NCBI RefSeq assembly: GCF_022045235.1
Contig: NW_027266308.1
Coordinates: 58,528,001-58,592,000, forward strand
Source of the DNA: Haliotis cracherodii
Taxonomy: Eukaryota
DNA: 64,000 bases
Direction: 5' to 3'
This document shows positions 22,746 to 34,600 of the stretch, in pieces. The position numbers and the translations under genes are program-made. Under the pieces are notes generated by a model. It searched no databases. It saw only the letters and a list, made by a program, of their open reading frames with translations, and was not told where the DNA came from. Each line of letters starts with the position of its first letter. Positions within the stretch are counted from its first letter, which is position 1.

Positions 22746-25475
22746 ATATATATAATTCGTGCAAAGCAGCAGTTTCGCAGATATATGCTCACAACAGCCT
22801 TCTAATAAAACACACAATGTGTAGCTAGGTACGAGATAAGGCAGTATTTAAAGACGGCTATAAATCTATGACAAGTGTTTGTGAGAGCTACACAACTAAC
22901 ACGTGTGGTATTATTGACATTGAATTTCAGTACATGGCGTCAAAGAAGAGACCAAATGAATGACCCTTTAATTACATTTAGCAGGGGAATAGTCTTTGAT
23001 AATTAAACATCGCATAGAATGTCTCAGTGTCATACGATCGAAGGATGGCATGGATACACACAAAGCCGAATTGGAAGAGAAAAGGGTTGTAAATGGTTGT
23101 CGATATCCAGTATCTTCAATACCGCTATCCATCGATATGAAATATTCACGCAATAAATATTTGCAATGGCGTCACTTTACTAAGCTTCAACTTCCGATTG
23201 TGAGACTCGATTTTCTTGTCCAACGTTTGAGTGTCCGGTTTGTTTACAGCCCGCCGTCGCATTTCAGGAGTACAGATGTGCAGCGTCAACAAACATACAC
23301 TTACTTTTGATGCAGAGTGTGTGTGTGGCGGGTTCGTCCGGTGGGGCAGGCCGTGCTTACCCTTTTCACGAGCACCTGGTGTCATCACTTATGTTCAGTG
23401 ATCCATTCATCTAGATTTTACCACTAGTTTACCTTTTACGCCCAATGGAATCTGTTTCGGTTGGTAATCAAGACTTTGTATTCTCTGGCGTTGACGTGTT
23501 TTGTATTTACTTGGACTGTGTCGATGTTTTCGCTGGTCCCCGAGTTTCATCATAAGGTCATTAGCATTCATCAGTTATGCAGACTCAACAACAAAAATGT
23601 GTGTGGGCCGAAACTCAACAATCAAAAGAAATGTTTTGGACGAGACATTAAAACTTCATCCGCTGTGTTGCAAAACAAATATATTTCTTAGACATCAGCT
23701 CTTAGACGTCAGAATCTCTGCACTTGTACACAGCAGATGTGGTCCAAAATTACCATATCGTGTTCAGTTTCAACAACATCAGTAAATGACCTATGGTGAC
23801 ACTGGATTTCTTGTCTTTCACTTGATTGGTAGGACAGGACATGCTTTTCCTTTCATTCACCTGGTGTCATCACTGATTTTCAGTGATCTATTCATATACT
23901 TTACACTGCTTTTTTTAATTTTACGCAATACGGAATCTGTTTTGGCAGCTAATCGAGACGGTTATTCTCTGGAGTTGACGTTCTATATTCCCAAAGAGAC
24001 GTGATGCAGGAAAGCCACGATGCACAGTTGTTGCTAAGATTGTGTCATCTATGATGTAGCAGACCGCCTACATGGTCCAGTGGATAAAACATCTACCTGG
24101 AGAGTGGACTGTCGGTGGTTCAATCCCCTGGCCGCGTCATACCACGTTGTTAAAGCCAGGTACAGGGCCCGTGATGAATCTACCTTAATAATGCATGATA
24201 CTGGACTCTTTAAAGTCTCGTGGGACCCCAGACGAGCATTTTGTCAATCGCTTCACGTTTTGAGACCATGCTGACGGGACCGCCGTTAAAAGATGGTACT
24301 TGTTGTTACCCTGTCTGGCGCTCGGCATTAAGGGGCTAAAACAAGGAATGGTCAACATCGTTATAAAATAATCCAACATAACATTATGCATATTAGCTTC
24401 TTAGCCTGGAAGGATTATGCACATATTTGAAGATATTCAATAGTACAGTTCACACTATTCTACCTTTAGTACACGTCCTTAAATCATGCGATGCGGAATC
24501 TGGACTCACTGCGTCATGCTTTTATCTAGCAAAAAATGAAAACATTCACTTGAGTTTTAGAACAATAAAAGTTCTGTCAATTCTAAGCGACCAACCATTT
24601 GAATATTGGTTCAAGATAATGTTGGCACACATACGAACGTGTGCTAAAGAGCAAGTTAGTTAATTGCGTAAACAGAATCCAATCTTGTTCGGCTGATTAA
24701 ACATTTACTTCAAAGTAATCCAGTAGAAACACATCCGTTGAACACACGCGTCCTATTGTATGATGTATTGATTAAAACATACAAATGTCAAATCCATTGT
24801 GAACACTATAACAGAAGTTTTAAATAAATTCAATGGCCAGTCGTGTAAAATGACGTCAAAGTAATGTGACATGTCAATAAGTGGGCGAATGTTGGTGAAA
24901 TGTCCAAGGCAACACTATTTTAGGAAATTTATGGTGCTGCATAAAATGTAGTCTCTGCAACACTAACGAAGGATTGATATGATGAGCAAAGCCCCAAGCC
25001 GTTGGGGTACGATGAATAACAACCAGATCAAACCTACTCATCTCTTATGAAAAGCAATGACGTACAGGCACCTTTCCTAACCCTGGTCCCAGAGTGGCAA
25101 TGAATTGATAAGTGCTGTAAAAATCTGAAATCTGAATCGATCTGTCAGAAATATATTCAAATATTTCAAATATTTGATTAACAGTGAACAGTGACAGTAT
25201 TATATAGCCTAACATGTATTATTTTGTTTGAAATGTTTTGAAAGAACTGAACTTGGGTCTTTTCTGAGAAGTCTACCCTATCCTTTGAGTTTTGGAGAAT
25301 CCATATGGTATTATTCCACTGGACTCGGATACATTCTGTGAATATACAGAAGGTCCTTCCTTGAGTGTACTAAGGAATATGGTTATTCTTTGGTTCGAGT
25401 TTTATGGCGCTATGGAATCCAGTACAAACGAGGACTAGACAATTTATGGAGTGGTGCTTACATATAATGAATAAT

Positions 25476-26987
25476 ATACTCTGCAAAAAAAAGAAGAAAA
25501 GAAATGTAAAAGTGGTAATCGATTGTTCAAAATTGGTACATATCATTGTCATTGAACCAGGTTCCATATGCCACACATGGAACTATAGATTTCCAAGGTG
25601 CAGGTAATCTGTTCTAACTATTTTGTATGACCACCATTAGATTCCAAAACTGACTGGCATCGTCGTCCTATGGAAGCAATCAGATCCCGAATTGTGGCCT
25701 GGGGAATGTTCACCCACTCTGTCTGCAGTGCTTGTGCCAATTATAGTAGGTTAAGTGATTGTTGCTGACGGCTCGCTGTCGTTGATCCAGTGCATTTAAT
25801 AAATGTTCGATTTGGTTTAAATCTGACGGCCTGGAGGGCCATGGCAGGATCTGGATGTTGTGATTCCTAAAAAAGGCTGTTGTCAGATTTGCTGTGTGAG
25901 GTCGGGCGTTATCTTGATGAAAAATGACGTTCGCTTGTTGCATAATGTGAAGGACGTGTGGCCGAAGAACATTGTGCCATTAAGTTCCCGAAGTCTTTTC
26001 TACAGTGTAGGAGACTGTGTAGATGCCCACATCATCACACTACCGCCACCAAATCTGTCCAATTCCTGTATGCAGTGTCGTACATAACGTTCCCCGCGAC
26101 GCCTGTCCGCATCCGCACGGCGAAGCATAAAATGTGACTCGTCACTAAACCACATTCTGTGACCTTGACACCATTGATGTCGCAGCCGACGATACAGGTC
26201 CGTCAAAATGACAAATCGTACTTGTCGTTTAGCGCGAATGCCTTCAGCGCGTAAACGGTTCCTCACTGTCTGGGCTGATATCCTACCCAATCACACATTT
26301 TCACGTTCTTGTAATGGTGCATGGTGATACGTGGAAAAAGCACGTTGTTGCGTTGGGCTTCTGTCAGTCGTGGCATGTTTTCGCTGTTCACTTCCTGTAA
26401 GATTGTGATGGCATGCAAAGGAAAACCCAACGTGTTTATAGCCCAACAAGTGATTTGGGACGTGCATGTCATGTTGGTGTGTTTCGGCGTCAGGCTCTCA
26501 CGTGGTTGTGTTTTTACGATTTTGCCATCTTTTCACCGAATTTCTACAGTACTTCATTCTTTCCACAAATGAATCCCAATCCATGCTTAAAGGACTAATT
26601 CTTTTTTGGTATTAATGTTGTAGTAATGTCGCCAACATTCTGTCAGCTATTTATGATATAACTACTTTTGCTTTCTTTCTTTGCTGGGGGGCGCGGGTGG
26701 CCCAGTCGTCTAAGGCGCCGCGATTCGCTGTGCAGAGTTGCGTCCCTTGGGCACGCCAGAAACCTATGATTGTGGGTTCGAATCCCGGTTCGCCCCGATT
26801 ATGTTTCTAGGTTTGTCAGCACCATATCCGTGCTCGTGGGTTTCACCGAAGTGGTAAACGTCTAAGACTTGCATCACTTCGGGCTTTCCTTCAACATTAA
26901 GCGGACACGCCGTGATATAACTGGAATACTGTTAAAAGCGGCGTTAAACCGAACTCACTCACTCACTCACTTTCTTTGCTGAATATA
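25476..26987 (-). mobile_element. Tc1/mariner family 2, degenerate copy
   Basis: MPRLTEAQR, WFSDES, FHQDNARPH, WPSRPSDLNQIEHL; TIRs TACTCTGCAAAAA / TTTGCTGAATA. Confidence 0.88.
26686..26970 (+). mobile_element. SINE family A, full length with TSD, inserted in the Tc1 TIR
   Basis: A box GTGGCCCAGTCGTCTAAGGCG, B box GGGTTCGAATCCC, (ACTC)n tail, TSD TTTCTTTGCT at 26676-85 / 26971-80. Confidence 0.92.
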
Positions 26988-28458
26988 TGCTATTTGAGGC
27001 CTTGTGAGTGGGAATAACTACAAACTATTCATGTAGGGCAGATGACATTCAACAGGTTCATCTTTTTGGCCCATTTTGGCGACGGCTTCTACAGCATCCA
27101 TAATGATTTTATATTTTGGCAGGAGGCTGGTAACGATATTTTGGTCCATGTTTGAATGACTGACTAAGGTTGTTAAATATTGCGAACAGTAGAGAAGGTA
27201 CCTGTGTTTATATGACTTTCAGGTTGGAAGCATTATGATGAGTATATGCAGCCAGAAGTAGTTGAATTTACAACATGAGCTGTCAAAACCACAAATTCTG
27301 CAACATGTTTCTATAACTTGGATGAAATGGTCTTCGTATATAAAAAAAGAAAATTGTTGGTGGTGCCTGAAATTTCAAGTATTATGGGACATTTTGAGAA
27401 ACTGATTTTTGTCTTAGAATGTTACTTAAACTTAAGGCATCTATTTTCCATATTTCAAATTGAAGTGGAGTGCGACAGGATACGTTCACCTTTTCACGGA
27501 CACGTGGTATAGAACGGAAGAAACGTATTGATAGCATTCATGAACACATGCGGAAGAAACGCATTGATAGTATTCACCAACACATGGTATAGTCGGAATC
27601 GTACAATGGACACAGCTTTTAGCATATATTTCTTATGATTATGAAATGAATATGTCGCGTTTATATACCTCATCTGATATACGTTGATTTTCTTTACACT
27701 ACGACAGTCGAGGGGCAGCACTTGTTTCAATCTGTTTACTATTTCTATATGAAACATTGAACGCATATGTATCAGCAATACGTTATGTTATCATATTTGT
27801 TCTTTTTTGCAAATTTCTTTTTCAATCTGAATGGCCGGGGTTCATTTCCGGAGCAGGACTAAACCATGGAACGGAAGGATGTTAATTTGATTCGATAACT
27901 AATTTAAAAATGTTTATATGATATAGGTGAGAAATGTAACAAACTGTTTACTTAACGTATTTTGATTGGTTTGATTAAATAAATGCTGAATTAAAATAGA
28001 AAATATTAAGTTTGAATATAAATTCAAGTGCATTTTTGCTCTATATATCTCTTGTTATTTTCCGTTTACTATTTGTACTTTCATAACTATTTCTAGTTAT
28101 CAGCCCTAGGACATAGTTCTTGAGTTTACATATAAATTATATTCCTCAACTTGTTACTTTGGAAGAATGATGGGCTATTGTCCAAAATATACCTCAATAT
28201 GGTTCTGCCAACAAAATAATAACCGAATGTTGGGAATACGTCATCTCCTGATGTCTCTTATTTCAAATGGTTATACATGTAAATGAACTGTGTGCTTTGA
28301 TTCTTAGATTATCTGATGATCAATATCAATCTACACATGTGTAAAGAATGCTACACATGACTAATGGCCCTTACAAGTAAAAGAAATAATGAAAAGTAAT
28401 GAAAACATCACGTTTCACACTGTATAACCAACGTTTACACTCGCTTTATGTCATTTAG

Positions 28459-28641
28459 GAATTTCGCAAGAAGGATATCCCGTTACCATCAACAGGTGCT
28501 CGGCACCAACATGCCCGAGCTGTAATGCCACTGACATCATCCAGAATGACACCACAGTAGACTGTCAGGTCAATGCTCTTGTCAAGGTACTATCTGTGTT
28601 ACGTTGGAGGAGACTGCTCATACTGTATGACACTACAAGAG
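28459..28641 (+). CDS. IR/iGluR exon, amino-terminal domain
   Basis: NALVKVLSVLRWRRLLILYDTTR; AG/GT boundaries. Confidence 0.75.
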
Positions 28642-31600
28642 GTGGGTAGACAAGGTACACGTTGGAAATATCGGCAAATAAGCTTCATACACTATCAAAC
28701 TGACATGGCTTATGAGTTTTAGGGGCAACGCTAACTAAGCCAAATATCCAGAATGATTAAATGCAAATTCGATAAAAAAAATAAGCTTTTTCATCCATCA
28801 ATTTATTATCTGAATATGGAATCAAAACTGAGTCGAATATATTTTGATTATTGTAATCCTCTTGACTTCTACCAGAGCATGGTTTGGACAGTTTGATTGA
28901 CCAGCTCTCTATTGAAACACCATCCATAGCCTACCAACTCCTGGACATCTCAGGCTTGTCCTGGAACCTCACACAGATCCTCCCCACGGATTCCTCGCAC
29001 CAGGATCCAATGAGGAGAATAATCCTGTTCTGTGGGGAAACATGTATTGTACGTGTATTGGCTAAGGTAATCAATTCAACCATCACGTAGAAAGATAATT
29101 TGAGGTAATAGCGCTGTATTGTGGTGTGTAAAAATCAATACACACTGTTCAAATCTACAGCAGTAACCACTACCTATTGAACAGAGATATACAAAAGAGA
29201 ACATTACCCAAGCAATCAAAGTCCTACAACACACATATATTGACTATTTTCAACACTGGAGATCTCTATCTTCATCACTGGTCGAAGTTTAAATATGGCA
29301 AATAGCTATTATCCTTTATACCGTTGTACATTAACTAATATCATCTAATTAAATTCACGTATTACCCTTTGGTAACACCAATATTTACTTCCTTTTAAAG
29401 AACTACTGTGCATGTTTTGACAGCATAGCCGCGAGAGCCACATTATACAATCACGCAACCATAACCATTGCCGCGAGAGCCACATCAATTTGGGCTATCT
29501 ATTTTCGAAATGTGGCTTTGCCGGCCTGTAACCCATTAATTACTTGCTATGTGCTTTATACAATCTTCTTTCAACAAAGGAGTAATGGTATCTTCGCACT
29601 TATTCACACCAGCCGCACAAAACAAACCGCCAAAGCATTACTGTGCTTAGCTGAATGTTTAATGTAATAACGCATATGTGAAGAAGAAACAGTGTTCTTA
29701 CAAGGGTTTTAGTGCTTCCCCACTGCAACAGGTTATGCAATGTTGCCTGTTAAAGTTCTAGTTATAGCTACACACATACTTGAAAAGAAACTATTTTCTA
29801 AAATGAAATCTAAATTATATTCGCAACATTGCCAACAATGGCCAAACATGCGTCCAAACTTCTTACATTGGTTATTTTCAGTGAGAGATTGCGCGAGTGA
29901 GTATGGTTTTAGCAATATTCGGGATATATCACGGGGGACACCAGAAATGGGCTTCACACATTGTACCCATTTTGGGAATCGAACGCGTGTGATATTGGTG
30001 GAATATTGCTAAAAGCAGCGCACAACCATACTCAATCAACAAAAATATAAAGTTCAAGGGGCGGTGAGGTAATCTGGTGGTTAAGGCGTTCGCTCGTCAC
30101 GACGAAGACCCGGGTTTGAATCCCAACACGGGTACATTGTGTGAAGTCCATTTATGGTGTCCCCTGACGTGACATTGCTGGAATATTGCTAACATCGGCG
30201 TAAACCCATACTCACTCACTCATAAAGTTAAGGTTCAAATCGAAGAAGACCGAATGAAGGTCGGATGAACGACGAATAAAACACCATTTTTACGTGTATT
30301 AACGCACTCGAAGTTATCGTCTATTAGCTCAAATACATTTTATATACAAGTTAATAAATACTTTCAGTATGTTATTTTAAAACGTATTCAGAGTAAAATC
30401 AATGATTGCATCTCAAATTCAGTCTTTACATTACTGACGCTCTAATAGAGTATAATTAGGTACTTATTATATTTCCATGTATAGGTAATACACATGTGAG
30501 TTGGCGACTGCAAATAGATGTATTCAACCATTTCGCTAACACCTTAAGTCGTCGGTCTTATTGCACTAATTCACGTTAGATGTTTTTCAAAGTTTGGTCA
30601 TTGCAGCCTTTGGCCTCGTATGTTTATTTTTGATATGATCATTTATGGGTATGATTATGCATGTTTAAGATAAAAAGGGTTTTGTCGCTTATTTACAACT
30701 CCTAATCGCATTTTAAATGCTAGTAGTAGGGCAATCGTTAATGGTGTCAGTTCTCTGTACATAACGATGAACATGGACAATACAATACCAGGTGACGTCC
30801 CTCTCTTCATCTGAGAGTCGACCCAGCTACATCCAGCACTTCTCCATGTGGGTGATGGTAGCAAGTATATCTGGCCGACACAGACTAGATGCCGAGAAGC
30901 TGGACAATGTGTTCCTGGTAGAGACGTCATGTTCAGAAGAGTCACAGGTACTTCATGTGTTCACTGTGTATAAATATAACTGGATATGTCGGTCTTAAAT
31001 ACCCCGTTCTAGTGCACAACATTTACTCACGTAACTCTGTGTCAAAACCACAAGCATCACGAAGACGGTAATAAAGTGATCGAGCCACGCCATCGTGTCG
31101 CTCAAGATACTGTGTTTGAGCCAAAGCTGGACATCCACTGACAATGTGTTTGACAATCTCATTCAATTCATTACTTAATCTACATTTCATATTCACATTT
31201 TGATGCAAAATCACACATTGGCGGTTTCGAGTGGGGAGTGACTGGCCCTGAGCAGCAAACAGAAAGCCTCCTGTTTCACTTTTCGGGCCAGCCGACCTCA
31301 TCCAAGCGAAGGACTCTGCAGGGCTGCTGACCTTCTCAACACACTGCACAACACTCGATGCAGTGGTCGTTCAGATAGCCTCTCCTTGAAAAACTGAGTC
31401 TGGGCCGATTTGATATGGCACTTCGCTTGGCTGACACTCATTTCTGTACAATCCAGCAGTACAGAACCAGCAACAAAATCACAACTGACATTGAGATTAT
31501 GTCCCACACCCTTGGCTGGTTTAACTAAACTGTGGAATGCCTTGTATTTATCATGAGTCTTGACATGCTTCACTAGAGCATCATCAGACAAATAATTGTG

Positions 31601-34600
31601 TGCAAAAGTGCACAATTTTTGTTTTCACGAAGAGCACGGGTATGATGCTGTCAAATCCCTGGATCATAAACTCCAACATCGTACACAGAACAATGAATGT
31701 GACCTACCATTAGCAAACTCTTGGCAGTTCTCGGCGGCCTATTTTCCATCGATCCAGACCCTGTAGCTTCTGGAAACGTATGCTAATTGAAGTGAGCTGA
31801 CACACTCTGGCATCCATATGAGACAACTTAGGAATTATGGTTTCAGTAGATTTTACGTTTCTTCCTTCTTGTCTGCTTCTATCTGCTCGCGGGGTTCAAC
31901 TAAGTGGTAAGCTGACACGCAACGATATAACTGGATATATAACGTGTTTTTATTATGATTCTCAAACAAAGAGTGATCATACCAGGTTTACGCTAAAAGG
32001 TGAGCGCAATACTATCATGCCTAACATGTGGCATCCATCACAAACACTTGCAAAGGCAAGTCAACTGTTCACCTGAAAAATAACCTCACAAGACCACCAT
32101 GCGTGAGTTGGGTTTAACGCCGCTTTAAACAGTATTCCAGTTATATCGCGGCGTGTCAGCTTAATGTGGGAGGAAAGCTCGAAGTGATGCAGGTCTGAGA
32201 CGCTTCGGTGAAACCCACGAGCACGGGTATGGTGCTGACAAAACTATGAGGCGGTCTCACAAAGGTTGCCCTTTATATCGTGGCAACTTCCAACTAAAGG
32301 TTCAACTCATCCACCACGCCGCGAATCCAATCGACGTATTCTGTTACAGAACGCTACTTATACCCTGATGTACAGCGCCATAGGACGCAGATGGAAGACT
32401 GTGAATTTAAGTGAGGTGTCGGTTCTGTCACAAGAACAGGTTTTGTTTCCAAACACAAAAAATGGTTTGAATGGAAGAAAGCTTCTTTTAGGAACAATGC
32501 CAGTGAGTATCCATTATCATTATCATAACTAAATCATTAAGCTGTTTGCAGTCAAAGGATATTTTCATCAGCAAAACCATTTATCCATTGGTAATGGTTC
32601 ATATTCATTAGATTTAAGGTTAAAGCATTCTCTCTTCACGTAGATACCCGGGTTCGATTTCGCACATAAGTACACATAAGTACAGTGAATGTTACTGGAA
32701 TATTTCTAAAGAAGCTTCAAACCACACTATTGAAAATAACGACATAATAAGATATTGCGGTTACGTTCACCGTTACATTTTCGGTGTGGCCATTTTGGGA
32801 TGTTGCAGAAATATTGCTAAAAGGAGCCTACAGCCATGCTTTTAAAAAAATAACATATTAGGATGCAGTTATGTTCACTGTTACATTTTGGGTAGCAGTG
32901 GTACACGTTCGTGGAGAGAGTGCCTGATGGGACCTATGTTGGCTACTGTGTCGATGTATTGAAGGAGCTGTCAAGTCTTCTCAACTTCACGTAAGTGGCC
33001 AATATACCATTATATCACCCGCGGGATATTCATACAGGCCGCCTCCGTGGTCTTGATGATAGTGCATGGCCTATCATTAGACTCTGTGCCTACAGAAACC
33101 TGTTCCAAGGTCCTGAGACACATTGAACATATTGGTTACATCTCGCCGACTTCTACCAGTTTCAAGCATGCCAAGACCATCTCCGTGGTAATATTTAACA
33201 GATCAGTACATGTATGTATTTTATATTTTCCTTTAGCCATATACATCACTGTTGCAGGTTCACTTTCATCGAACCTGCTGATGGAAAGTGGGGCAATGAT
33301 GTCGGCGATTCATGGACCGGACTTGTTGGTCAACTTCAGAGGAAGGTATTGTCCGTCCATGTATGTCAGTGACTACCAGTACCGTAGATACAATCAGAAA
33401 CTAGATTCGAATCATTTACAAATAACAGTGATATGGCAATTTTGATAGCAGCTGTTTGCAAAACAGATGAGCATGTCCTATCTCACCCATAGGGTATCAC
33501 AATGAAGTTGACCCTGTACACATTCTATGATAAAAAAACTCCAGGAAATAGTTGTTTGAAGATGAAGCGAAAGGCCATACGACGAGTATATCAATGTGTA
33601 TGTTTTGAATGTTTCAATTTGTTAATTGTTCGTTTTACCTTTCCAGGAAGTAGATATGGTGGTAGCTCCTATAATTTCTGACCATTTCCGGGAAAAAGTA
33701 GCTGACTTTGGCCAACCGGCGATCTACTACGAGTACACAGACATCCTGTACTTCTATGAACAGTCTCCCTCCGAAACATCAATCTCCTTTCCGCTGCGAC
33801 CTCTTGTCGTCCTGTGTTTGTTGGCGTCGGTTGTCGTCGTCACGATGTTGCTCCTGCTAATGGAAAGATCTTTGCTTACATTCATCAAAACAGATGCTCC
33901 ACTTTCGTCCGTTGTCATGTGTGTTATTTTCATCGGTGGGGCGATACTGAGACAAGGTTAGAAGCGGCTGCACTTACATATAACACTTGGTGGAATATCT
34001 CCCACTAGAAATAATAACTTTTTAAAAGTTGTGCCAATGATGTCAATATTTATTAGTTCCAACACGATATGATCATCAAGCTGGGACAGATTTATTGTTC
34101 GATCTTTTAGATCTATAGTAAGAAGAGAAATATAATAACAATCATAAAAACGTGAATGTATGAAAGGCCATTTTACTGATTCGTTTAATAAACTGCCCTG
34201 GTCGCCTGATCACTATTATCATAATGTCTAATACAGTTTCTGGGACAATTAAGTCATCATTACTTTCTTGCTCTACATTACATGAAGACGGCTTTTAGTT
34301 TCTGATCTGAAATTTCGAAATTATAGTTTACATATCAAGTCGTAATAGTGACGCAGCCACACACAGCCGTCTGTTTAGATGTTGTATTTGTTTGTAGTTT
34401 ACCATTGCACTGAGCAAAATTTCATCTATATGACAGTGGTCTGTATATAATCGAGTCTGGACAAGACAATCAAGTGATTGACACCATGAACATCTGTCCA
34501 CGCAATTGGGATACGATGGCATGCACCAAGTCCGCATCCTGATCATCCTGATCACGCCTTTTGCGACAAACATAGGTTGCTGGGGACCTATATGCTTCCC

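Noticed and set aside
28167-28376. First coding exons of the IR gene
   Set aside because: Candidate exons give stops or need a weak donor when joined to 28459; left unresolved.
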